Origin: an uncultured delta proteobacterium | GTDB taxonomy: Bacteria; Myxococcota_A; Polyangia; Polyangiales; Houyiibacteriaceae | DNA: 64,000 nucleotides | Direction: 5' to 3' | NCBI GenBank assembly: GCA_963712235.1 | Contig: CAVQHC010000009.1 | Location: 137,086-201,085, forward strand | In this document: positions 56,994 through 64,000 of the stretch, one piece after another | How the letters are laid out: each line of letters begins with the position of its first letter | Numbering within the stretch: the first letter of the stretch is position 1 | Notes under the pieces: model-generated | Databases searched by the model: none | What the model saw: only the letters and a program-made list of their open reading frames with translations | What the model was told of the DNA's origin: nothing | Made by a program: the position numbers and the translations under genes

Positions 56994-58612
56994 GCGTGTA
57001 CTCCGTTGGCGTTGGCGTTGCTGTTCGAATCGACCGGCCACCAGCGCTGAACCAGTCGATTGGTGAGCGCGTTTACGTAGAGTCCGTTGAAGAGGTGGAC
57101 GTAGAGGGCCTGCCATCGGGCATCGCCCATTCGGTAGGGCATCGTGTTCTGAAGGACCGTGACGAGGCCGAAGAGCGCGATCACGAGGCCGACGATCGTG
57201 AGATCGAGCGGCCCGCGCAGGGCTTGCTTCTCGGGAAGGGCGCCCACCATGAGCTGCTCCGCGCCGAGCTGAAGTGCGAAGTAGGCGATGGCGACGCCGA
57301 CCGCGAGTCCGACCCCGCGGAGGATGACAAACGGGCTAGGCCGCTCGTCGATGGCGTTGGCCACCAGGTGGGTGACCCCCATCACCAAGATCGCGCCGAG
57401 CGCGAACACGCCGGGGGCGCGGGTGAGGGACGCGCCGAACGCAAAGCTCACCCCCCAGGTTAGACCCACAGCGCCGATCAGCGCGACCACCAGACGAGCC
57501 GGGTGCGGTTTACCGTGCGGCTTGGCGACCCAGGAGGAGCGCGAGATGTCGATTACACTGCCTGCCGAGAGGAAGGCATGCGCCTTGTAGAGCGAGTGGG
57601 CGACGATGTGCAGGGCCGCCGCGGAGAAGGCGCCGAGACCGCACTGGAGCATCATGAAGCCCATCTGCGCGATCGTGGACCAGGCGAGTGAAACCTTGAG
57701 GCTCGTTTGGGTGAGCATGACCACCGAGGCGAAGAGCGCAGTGAAGCCGCCGACAACCGCCAGCATCTCGAGAGCGGGCACTGAGAGCGAGACGAGCCCG
57801 CTCAGGCGCAAGATGAGGAAGCCGCCGGCGTTGATGATTCCAGCGTGGAGCAGTGCCGAGACCGGCGTCGGCGTCTCCATGACCTCGGTGAGCCATCCAT
57901 GGAAGGGAAACTGCGCGGACTTGAGCAGGGCGCCGATGACGACGAGCACGGAGATAACGTGAATCTCCATGGGAAGAGTGGGTGCGCCTCGAAGCGCGTT
58001 GGCCTCGCTGAAAATGGTGTCGAAGTCTAGGCTTCCAAAGAGCTGGTAGACCAGGGTCATCGTCGCGATCAGGCAGAGGTCTCCCAGTCGGCTCGCGATG
58101 AACTTCTTTCGAGCGGCCAGCCTAGCGGCGCGACGGTCGCCGTAGAAGAGCAGCAGCTGATGAAGGCAAAGACTGCTGGCAACCCAGGCCAGCGTGAACT
58201 GCAGGATGTTGCCCGAGATGGTCAGTGTGAGAACGGCGGCGAGCGTGAGGCAGAGCCATTTGAAGAAGCGGCCCTGGTTCGGGTCCCCGTCGAGGTAGTT
58301 CCGGCTGTAGTCGATGACGATCATGCCGACGAAGGCGACGAGCACGGCGATGACCGCGGACAGCGCGTCGAAGTAGATGGTCACCGCGAAGCCGCCGAGC
58401 TCCACGAGCGAGCCCTGCAATGGCGTCGTGCCGCCCCATGCGAAGAAGGCCGCCGCCGTGACGATGGTCGCTGCGAGGGCGATGACCGAGGTCAGACGGG
58501 CTAGGCTCATCATCCGTTTCGGGTGGCTGTCCGCAAATCGGGACGGAATCAACCCCACGGCGATCAAGGACAGTGGGGCGAGGCTAACGAGCGGTATGGT
58601 CCAGTTTTCCAA
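56990..58612 (-). CDS. dabB: DabB (NuoL/MnhA-like proton-conducting membrane subunit)
   Basis: Polytopic 540-aa protein with LLKSAQFPFHGWLTEVMETPTPVSALLHAGIINAGGFLILR, the hallmark of complex-I subunit L / Mrp antiporter-like proteins. Translationally coupled to dabA. Confidence 0.85.
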   Translation of the reverse strand: MENWTIPLVSLAPLSLIAVGLIPSRFADSHPKRMMSLARLTSVIALAATIVTAAAFFAWGGTTPLQGSLVELGGFAVTIYFDALSAVIAVLVAFVGMIVIDYSRNYLDGDPNQGRFFKWLCLTLAAVLTLTISGNILQFTLAWVASSLCLHQLLLFYGDRRAARLAARKKFIASRLGDLCLIATMTLVYQLFGSLDFDTIFSEANALRGAPTLPMEIHVISVLVVIGALLKSAQFPFHGWLTEVMETPTPVSALLHAGIINAGGFLILRLSGLVSLSVPALEMLAVVGGFTALFASVVMLTQTSLKVSLAWSTIAQMGFMMLQCGLGAFSAAALHIVAHSLYKAHAFLSAGSVIDISRSSWVAKPHGKPHPARLVVALIGAVGLTWGVSFAFGASLTRAPGVFALGAILVMGVTHLVANAIDERPSPFVILRGVGLAVGVAIAYFALQLGAEQLMVGALPEKQALRGPLDLTIVGLVIALFGLVTVLQNTMPYRMGDARWQALYVHLFNGLYVNALTNRLVQRWWPVDSNSNANANGVHA

Positions 58613-58685
58613 GTGCTTCTCTCCCTTGCCCTCCTAGATGGGGCGCGGAGACACTTCTGTAAAATACAAAGATTGAAAATATTCG

Positions 58686-58700
58686 TTCTGTTTGGCAGAA
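58686..58700. promoter_or_regulatory. candidate LysR-type T-N11-A dyad in the AT-rich dabB/lysR divergent intergenic region
   Basis: TTCTGTTTGGCAGAA is an interrupted palindrome (TTCTG-N5-CAGAA) containing T-N11-A. A second TTCTGT half-site lies at 58655-58660. The region 58650-58700 is much more AT-rich than its surroundings. Confidence 0.35.
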
Positions 58701-58707
58701 TCATTCC

Positions 58708-59601
58708 GTGAGCAGCCTGAATTACCACCACCTTCGCTACTTCTGGGCGGTCGCCCACGAAGGAAAACTCACGAAAGCGGCCGAGCGACTCAACGTCTCT
58801 CAGTCTGCGCTCTCGACGCAGGTCAAGAAGCTCGAAGACCAGTTGGGCCATCCGCTGTTCGAGCGTCAGGGCCGGGGGCTGCGGCTCACCGAAGCCGGAC
58901 GCATCGCGCTCGACTACGCCGATACGGTGTTCGACGCGGGCGACGAGCTCGTGAGCACGCTCCAGAATCAAGGCGGCGCGGAGCGTCGGGTGCTGCGTGT
59001 CGGTGCGATCACCACGCTCTCGCGCAACTTTCAGATCGCCCTCTTGCGCCCCGTCATTGGGCGCACCGACGTCGAAGTGATCGTGCGCTCGGGGACGACA
59101 CGAGAGCTGCTCTCTCAGTTGGAGGCGCATGCCATCGACCTCATGCTCGCGAACCAACCAGCCGCGCGGGACGCCAAAACGACCTGGCACAGTCAGCTCC
59201 TTCAAGAACAGCCGGTGAGCCTGGTCGGGCCGCCGAAGCTGGTGTCGCCCGAGGACCAGTACCCGGACATCCTCACGCGTATTCCCGTATTGGTACCGAG
59301 CTTCGACAGCGACCTTCGGGTTGCGTTCGATCGACAGATGGAGCTTTCCGGCGTGCGGCCGATCATCCTTGCCGAGATCGACGACATGACGATGCTTCGG
59401 CTCTTCGCACGCGAGAGTCAGTGCCTCGCACTGGTGCCGCCGGTCGTCGTCTTGGACGAGCTCATGGATGGCGTGCTCGTCGAGCATTTCAAGATCCCCG
59501 AGATTACCGAGCGATTCTACGCGATCACCCAGAGTCGTCGATTCCCCAATCCGCTCGTCAAAGAAGTCTTGTCACACCCGATCGAAGAGCCCGGCCTGTG
59601 A
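58708..59601 (+). CDS. LysR-family transcriptional regulator, divergent from dabBA
   Basis: LNYHHLRYFWAVAHEGKLTKAAERLNVSQSALSTQVKKLEDQLGHPLFERQGRGLRLTEAG is a LysR HTH, followed by a substrate-binding domain. GTG start. Confidence 0.85.
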   Translation: MSSLNYHHLRYFWAVAHEGKLTKAAERLNVSQSALSTQVKKLEDQLGHPLFERQGRGLRLTEAGRIALDYADTVFDAGDELVSTLQNQGGAERRVLRVGAITTLSRNFQIALLRPVIGRTDVEVIVRSGTTRELLSQLEAHAIDLMLANQPAARDAKTTWHSQLLQEQPVSLVGPPKLVSPEDQYPDILTRIPVLVPSFDSDLRVAFDRQMELSGVRPIILAEIDDMTMLRLFARESQCLALVPPVVVLDELMDGVLVEHFKIPEITERFYAITQSRRFPNPLVKEVLSHPIEEPGL

Positions 59602-59676
59602 AACGACGATCTCAAACCCGTGGCGCATGCGCCGTCGCCGATTCGCTTTTCGACGACCTATCGACGCAAAAGCGAC

Positions 59677-61032
59677 TCAGGAGGTCGCGGAGACGCTCTC
59701 TGAGTCGGCCGACGGGTGCGATGGCGTGGAACTCGCGTTTGCGGCGAGCGCCTTCGGCCGGGTGCCCTGACCGGTAATGAGGCGCGCCCCGCGGTGGAAC
59801 GTGACGTAGGCGTAGGCCCACTCGATGAGAACCATGACCCGGTTCCGGAAGCCGACGAGAAAAAAGATGTGGATGAAGACCCAGAGCAGCCAAGCCAGCA
59901 GGCCGCCGAACTTGAAGCGGCCGATGTCGGCAACGGCTTTGCCCCGCCCAATCGTCGCGAGCGTTCCTTTGTCCCAGTATTCAAACGGCTTCGGTTCGCC
60001 TGCGTAACCACCCCGCCCCACCTGGTTCGCCAGCAGCTTGCCGACGTACTTCCCCATCTGAAGCGCCGCGGGAGCGAGCCCAGGGACCTGCTCCCCGTCC
60101 GTTTCGACATAAGCCAGGTCGCCGATGGCGAATACCTCCCGGTGGCCGGCAAGCGAGAGATCGGGCTCGACGTTCAGCCTCCGGTCGTCTCGCATGAACG
60201 CCTGAAGCCCTCGTTCGATCGGCGCTCCGCACACTCCGGCGGCCCAGATCACGTTGGAGGCAGAAATGCATTCGCCGCTCTGCAGGACGACGCCTCGCTC
60301 ATCGATCTCGGTCACGTACGTCTCTAGGCGCACCTTGACTCCGAGCTTTTCGAGGTCGCGCTTCGCCAGCGCGGAAAGCTCGGGGGCGAGCGCAGGGAGC
60401 AATCGGTCGGCGCCCTCGGCGAGCACGATTTCGAGCGAGGACGGGTCGAGATTCCGAAACTCTCCTTGCAACACGCGTTTGGCCACCTCCGACATCGTTC
60501 CCGCAAGCTCGATGCCCGTCGGCCCACCTCCGACGATCACGGTCGTCATCAGACGCCGGCGCTCGTCAGGGCTGTCGCTGCGATCCGCCTGCTCGAACGT
60601 CAGAAGAAACCTGCGGCGAATCTCGAGCGCATCGTCGACGGACTTCAGCCCGGGAGCGTGGGCCGCCCATGCGTCGTGCCCGAAGTAGTGATGCGTGGAG
60701 CCCGTTGCCAAGACCAGGTAGTCGTAGGACAACGGTTCGCCGTCGATTTCGACGACTCTGCGCTCGAGGTCGACCAAAGTGACGTCTCCGAGGACGACCG
60801 TCGCGTTCTTTTGTCGCCGAAAGACGTGGCGGAGCGGGACCGCGATCTGGCCGGGCGAGAGCGCCGCGGTCGCCACCTCGTAGAGCAAGGGCTGAAACAG
60901 GTGGTGGTTACGCCGGTCGACGAGCGTAATCTGTACCGGCGTATGTTCGAGAGAGGCGACGACGCTCATTCCCCCAAAACCGCCGCCGACGACGATGATA
61001 TGGGGCTCGATGTTCTCGGAAGCTTCGCTCAT
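59677..61032 (-). CDS. ndh: type II NADH:quinone oxidoreductase (NDH-2)
   Basis: IIVVGGGFGGMSV, VIVGGGPTGIELAG (two dinucleotide folds) and the C-terminal membrane-anchoring FGGLLAWLLWVFIHIFFLVGFRNR. Confidence 0.88.
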   Translation of the reverse strand: MSEASENIEPHIIVVGGGFGGMSVVASLEHTPVQITLVDRRNHHLFQPLLYEVATAALSPGQIAVPLRHVFRRQKNATVVLGDVTLVDLERRVVEIDGEPLSYDYLVLATGSTHHYFGHDAWAAHAPGLKSVDDALEIRRRFLLTFEQADRSDSPDERRRLMTTVIVGGGPTGIELAGTMSEVAKRVLQGEFRNLDPSSLEIVLAEGADRLLPALAPELSALAKRDLEKLGVKVRLETYVTEIDERGVVLQSGECISASNVIWAAGVCGAPIERGLQAFMRDDRRLNVEPDLSLAGHREVFAIGDLAYVETDGEQVPGLAPAALQMGKYVGKLLANQVGRGGYAGEPKPFEYWDKGTLATIGRGKAVADIGRFKFGGLLAWLLWVFIHIFFLVGFRNRVMVLIEWAYAYVTFHRGARLITGQGTRPKALAANASSTPSHPSADSESVSATS

Positions 61033-61117
61033 TCTACCTCACCTTTGGGTGGTCTTAGGCGAACGCGATGAATGCGCAAAGCGACCGCATGGCGACGGCC
61101 GGCAGCGAATGCAGCAG

Positions 61118-62626
61118 CTAGGCGGACCCGGAGGCTCGCCTGGCCGGGCGTTTGCGGCTTCCGTGCTTTTCGTACACCCGCTCGGACTCCTCCTGAACTT
61201 CGGGTCGCCGCCGTGCGGCCGAGATGCGTCGGCGCGCGGTCGCGTAGGCGGGGCCGTGCTCGACGATGGGCGCCGGATAGTCTTTACCGATGATGCAGCC
61301 AAGCTTCTGTTGGAGCGCGCTCGGCATCCGGTGGGGCTCGGCGATGTGCTCGGGCGGCACTGCTTCCAGCTCCGGAACGAAACGCTTGATGAACTGTCCC
61401 TCGGGATCTTGATCCTTGACCTGCTTGACCGGTGAGTAGATCCGAACGGCGTTGATTCCGGTGACCCCCGACTGCATCTGCGCTTGACTGAAGTGAATGC
61501 CTGGCTCGAAGTCGAGGAACTGGCTGCCGAGATGCAGAGCCGTCGGCCTCCATGGAAGCCATAGCTGGTAGCTGGCGAACGACATGAGCATCGCCCGCAT
61601 CCGGAAGTTGATCCAACCGGTTTGATGCAGCGCCCGCATGCAGGCGTCGACCATCGGGTAGCCCGTGTGCCCGTTCGCCCAGGCCTGGAAGTAGTCGTCG
61701 CGAAGCTCGCCATCGCGAAGCCCATCGAGGTGCCGGTTGAGCGCCCTGAACTCGAGCTCGGGCTCGTCCTCGAGCTTTTGTATGAAGTGGCAATGCCACC
61801 GGAGTCTCGATTGAAACGAGCTCAGCGACTGAAGCCATCTCGGGTCGAGGTCCACCTTCTGTTTGCGAAGCTCTTTCACCTCGGCAGAGCGTGCGCGCGC
61901 TCGCTGGAAGACGGTTCGCATCGAGACGTTGCCCCATGCAAGGTAGGGGCTGAGTCGGCTGCAGGACTCCGACGCATGCAGCGGGCTCGACATCTCGTAT
62001 CGGTATCCCGCGCCGCGCTCGGCGAGAAACGAGTCGAGGGTATCGAGGCCCAGCTCCTCGCCTCCGTGTTGGACGTCGCGCTGCGAAGGCGGAGACAAAC
62101 CGAGGTCGTGGGCGGTCCGCAAGCCTTCGGGCTCGATTCCCGACTCGGCGTGGAGCGCGCCGGGGACGTCGAGAATCGGGCGCGACATGAATTTCGACCA
62201 GCGAGCCGACCAACCGTCCCGCGTGCCGAGCCTTCGAATCACGCCAAACTGATTGCGCTCGTGCCAGGGCACGCCGTGCTGGCGCGCCCAGCCGGCAACG
62301 CGAAGATCGCGCTCGTAGCTGACGCGGTTGCCGGTTTCGCGATGGCTGTAGAGCGCAGTGATCCCATGTTGGCGGCGGATGGCCTCGAGCACATCGGGCA
62401 TGCGCCCGACCCGAAGGATGAGATCGGCCCCGCGCTCGCGGAGGCGGACGCGCAGCGCTGCGAGGGACTCGTTGATGAAGCGAAGGTGGAGCGCGCCAAG
62501 CTCGGGCGTGGCGAGAAGCTCGGGCTCGTAGACGTAGAGGCACAGCACTTTCCCCTGCGCCGCGGCGTCGAGCAGAGGGCGGTGGTCGTGAATGCGGAGG
62601 TCGCGTTTGAACCAGACTACGTGCAT
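61118..62626 (-). CDS. photolyase/cryptochrome-family flavoprotein
   Basis: VVWFKRDLRIHDHRPL, LSPYLAWGNVSMR, GYPMVDACMRALHQTGWINFRMRAML and KDYPAPIVEH are photolyase-family blocks. The subclass cannot be assigned by eye. Confidence 0.8.
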   Translation of the reverse strand: MHVVWFKRDLRIHDHRPLLDAAAQGKVLCLYVYEPELLATPELGALHLRFINESLAALRVRLRERGADLILRVGRMPDVLEAIRRQHGITALYSHRETGNRVSYERDLRVAGWARQHGVPWHERNQFGVIRRLGTRDGWSARWSKFMSRPILDVPGALHAESGIEPEGLRTAHDLGLSPPSQRDVQHGGEELGLDTLDSFLAERGAGYRYEMSSPLHASESCSRLSPYLAWGNVSMRTVFQRARARSAEVKELRKQKVDLDPRWLQSLSSFQSRLRWHCHFIQKLEDEPELEFRALNRHLDGLRDGELRDDYFQAWANGHTGYPMVDACMRALHQTGWINFRMRAMLMSFASYQLWLPWRPTALHLGSQFLDFEPGIHFSQAQMQSGVTGINAVRIYSPVKQVKDQDPEGQFIKRFVPELEAVPPEHIAEPHRMPSALQQKLGCIIGKDYPAPIVEHGPAYATARRRISAARRRPEVQEESERVYEKHGSRKRPARRASGSA

Positions 62627-62752
62627 GCTCGACTATTGGCGGATCGAACGTAGAGTTGGGATCGATGGGGTCAACGGCCATCAAGACCTGCGCCAGGCGC
62701 GGCCGGTGAGGTTCGCGACGCTGTCCTCGACAAGACCGAAACCGCCGTGCGC

Positions 62753-63100
62753 TCAGACCTCGACGACGACGTTTCCCTCTTCCACCAGGACGGGGTAGGT
62801 TTTGAGCGCCTTCTCGCCGCGGAGCGCGTTCAGAAGCTGAATTCCCGGCGGGAAGTTCGCCCATTTGCACACCTCCCCGGTGCGAATGTCGAACTCCGCG
62901 CGGTGAAGGGGGCAGCGAATTCGCCCTCCATCGACGACCTTGCCTCTCGTCAGCGGCGCGAACACATGCGTGCAGCTGTTCTGCGTGGCGTAGACACCGT
63001 CCTCTAGACGATAGACGAGCACGCTCGTGTCCCCGGCCTTGAACGCCTTTTTCTGGCCCACCGAAAGGTCTGACTCCTTGCAAACCACGTGTCGCGTCAT
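62753..63100 (-). CDS. Rieske [2Fe-2S] domain ferredoxin-like protein (115 aa)
   Basis: CTHVFAPL...CPLHRAEF (CxH...CxxH). Start at the internal ATG at 63098-63100 (MTRHVVCKESDL); the upstream part of the 228-aa track ORF looks non-coding. Confidence 0.8.
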   Translation of the reverse strand: MTRHVVCKESDLSVGQKKAFKAGDTSVLVYRLEDGVYATQNSCTHVFAPLTRGKVVDGGRIRCPLHRAEFDIRTGEVCKWANFPPGIQLLNALRGEKALKTYPVLVEEGNVVVEV

Positions 63101-63201
63101 GCCGACCTCCAATCCAGCGGTTCGTATAGCAGAGATCCGGAGAAACGGTCGACGCCGTAGCCCGGCTTGCGCTTGGGACCGCCCGGCTCGACGATGGTCG
63201 G

Positions 63202-64000
63202 GTGCGAACCATCCTCGCTGCGGCCTCGCTGATCGTGGCCTACTGGCTCGTGCTGTCGGCAAAGGCCGATAACCTCGTGACGCTAGAATCGCTGCGGTGG
63301 AAGCATCGCGTGATTCTACTCGACACAAAGGAGACACCCTCGGATCGGGCGGATTGGGCCAAGCACTCGACCGCCTTGTCAGAGCGAAATCTCGTGCTCT
63401 TCCGGAAGGGAAGTCAGGGCTATCTTCAGCAGTTCCCAAAGCCCCCGAAGCGGGTCAGCCTCCGGCTCGCGCCTGAGATCGAAAGGCGGGCCCGAGGTCG
63501 AGTCACCCTGATCGGGAAGGATGGCAGGGTGAAGGGCCAGTGGACCTCGGAGACGGTGGATCTGCCCGCGGTCGTGTTTCAGCTCGTCGACCGGATGCCG
63601 ATGCGACAGCGTGAAGCCGAGGAGAACGAGGCTGCGGGAGGAGACCTTCTCGGGACCCAGGCAAAGGAGTGGCTCGCCGGCCCAGAGTGGGCGAACTCGA
63701 GGCCGCTGCGGCTCGATGACCTTCGGGGTCGCGTGCTGGTCGTGCGCTTCTGGACCGACACCTGCCCCTACTGCGACGCAAGCCTTCCGGCGATGCAGAA
63801 GCTAGCCGAAGAGATGAAGGACGCGCCGGTGACCTTCGTGGGTCTCTACCAGTCAAAGCCTCTCGGCAGCGAGCGCCCCTGGAAGGGCGTCGTCGCGCAT
63901 GCCGCTAAGCTCGGCGTGACCTTTCCCATTGCATACGATCACGACTGGGCAACGCTCCGATCGTGGTGGCTCGACGGCACTCGTCGGCGAGCGACCTCCG
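63202..64000 (+). CDS. exported DUF4174 domain fused to a TlpA/redoxin-like thioredoxin domain (3' end beyond the window)
   Basis: My translation from the GTG at 63202 (not in the track; no stop inside the window) is as follows. (V)RTILAAASLIVAYWLVLSAKA signal; LESLRWKHRVILL...LIGKDGRVKGQW...LVDRMPMRQRE (DUF4174-like); then RVLVVRFWTDTCPYCDASLPAMQKLAEE (CxxC thioredoxin fold). Confidence 0.65.
   Translation, partial: MRTILAAASLIVAYWLVLSAKADNLVTLESLRWKHRVILLDTKETPSDRADWAKHSTALSERNLVLFRKGSQGYLQQFPKPPKRVSLRLAPEIERRARGRVTLIGKDGRVKGQWTSETVDLPAVVFQLVDRMPMRQREAEENEAAGGDLLGTQAKEWLAGPEWANSRPLRLDDLRGRVLVVRFWTDTCPYCDASLPAMQKLAEEMKDAPVTFVGLYQSKPLGSERPWKGVVAHAAKLGVTFPIAYDHDWATLRSWWLDGTRRRATS

Overview
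This is a high-GC bacterial chromosomal segment. Hand-counted 60-nt lines range from about 45% to 68% G+C, and most look mid-60s. The gene content suggests a Myxococcota/deltaproteobacterial-type genome: TSP3-repeat OmpA proteins, FHA and PilZ proteins, an extra Hsp70 paralogue, and a dprA-topA-trmFO-xerC-hslVU block. That placement is an inference, not a database result. I support about 55 protein genes and one tRNA-Leu(UAA). I found no rRNA, CRISPR array, transposase, prophage or recognisable defence system. Blocks in order: (1) a GH15 fragment, a site-2 protease, envelope proteins (TSP3-OmpA, double-FHA, PDZ lipoprotein), and mtnP plus a PfkB kinase. (2) A membrane methyltransferase, an alpha/beta-hydrolase fusion, OsmC and an exported KatG broken by a 1-nt frameshift, tRNA-Leu, panD, PilZ, a BtuF-like binding protein, and pdxH (also broken by a 1-nt frameshift). 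(3) A long minus-strand run: PlsB-like and HAD-PlsC acyltransferases, argB-argD-argF, a J-protein/Hsp70/small-partner triad, argG, and a CNNM/CorC transporter. (4) A bestrophin-like channel next to beta-carbonic anhydrase (can). (5) hslVU-xerC-trmFO-topA-dprA. (6) A more accessory-looking stretch: pectin-acetylesterase-like and penicillin/AHL-acylase-like secreted enzymes, DUF1244, a decayed katG 3' relic, an unusual Cys-rich 4Fe-4S protein, a BNR/beta-helix lipoprotein, a 701-aa fusion whose C-terminal half resembles cyanobacterial acyl-ACP reductase, and a DabB-DabA inorganic-carbon pump with a divergent LysR regulator. (7) NDH-2, a photolyase, a Rieske protein and a DUF4174-thioredoxin fusion. 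The best candidates for uncharacterised biology are the acyl-ACP-reductase-like fusion, the Hsp70/J/partner triad inside the arginine operon, and the concentration of inorganic-carbon genes (DabAB, can, bestrophin). None is proven novel from sequence alone. The two single-nucleotide frameshifts in conserved genes may equally be assembly errors.
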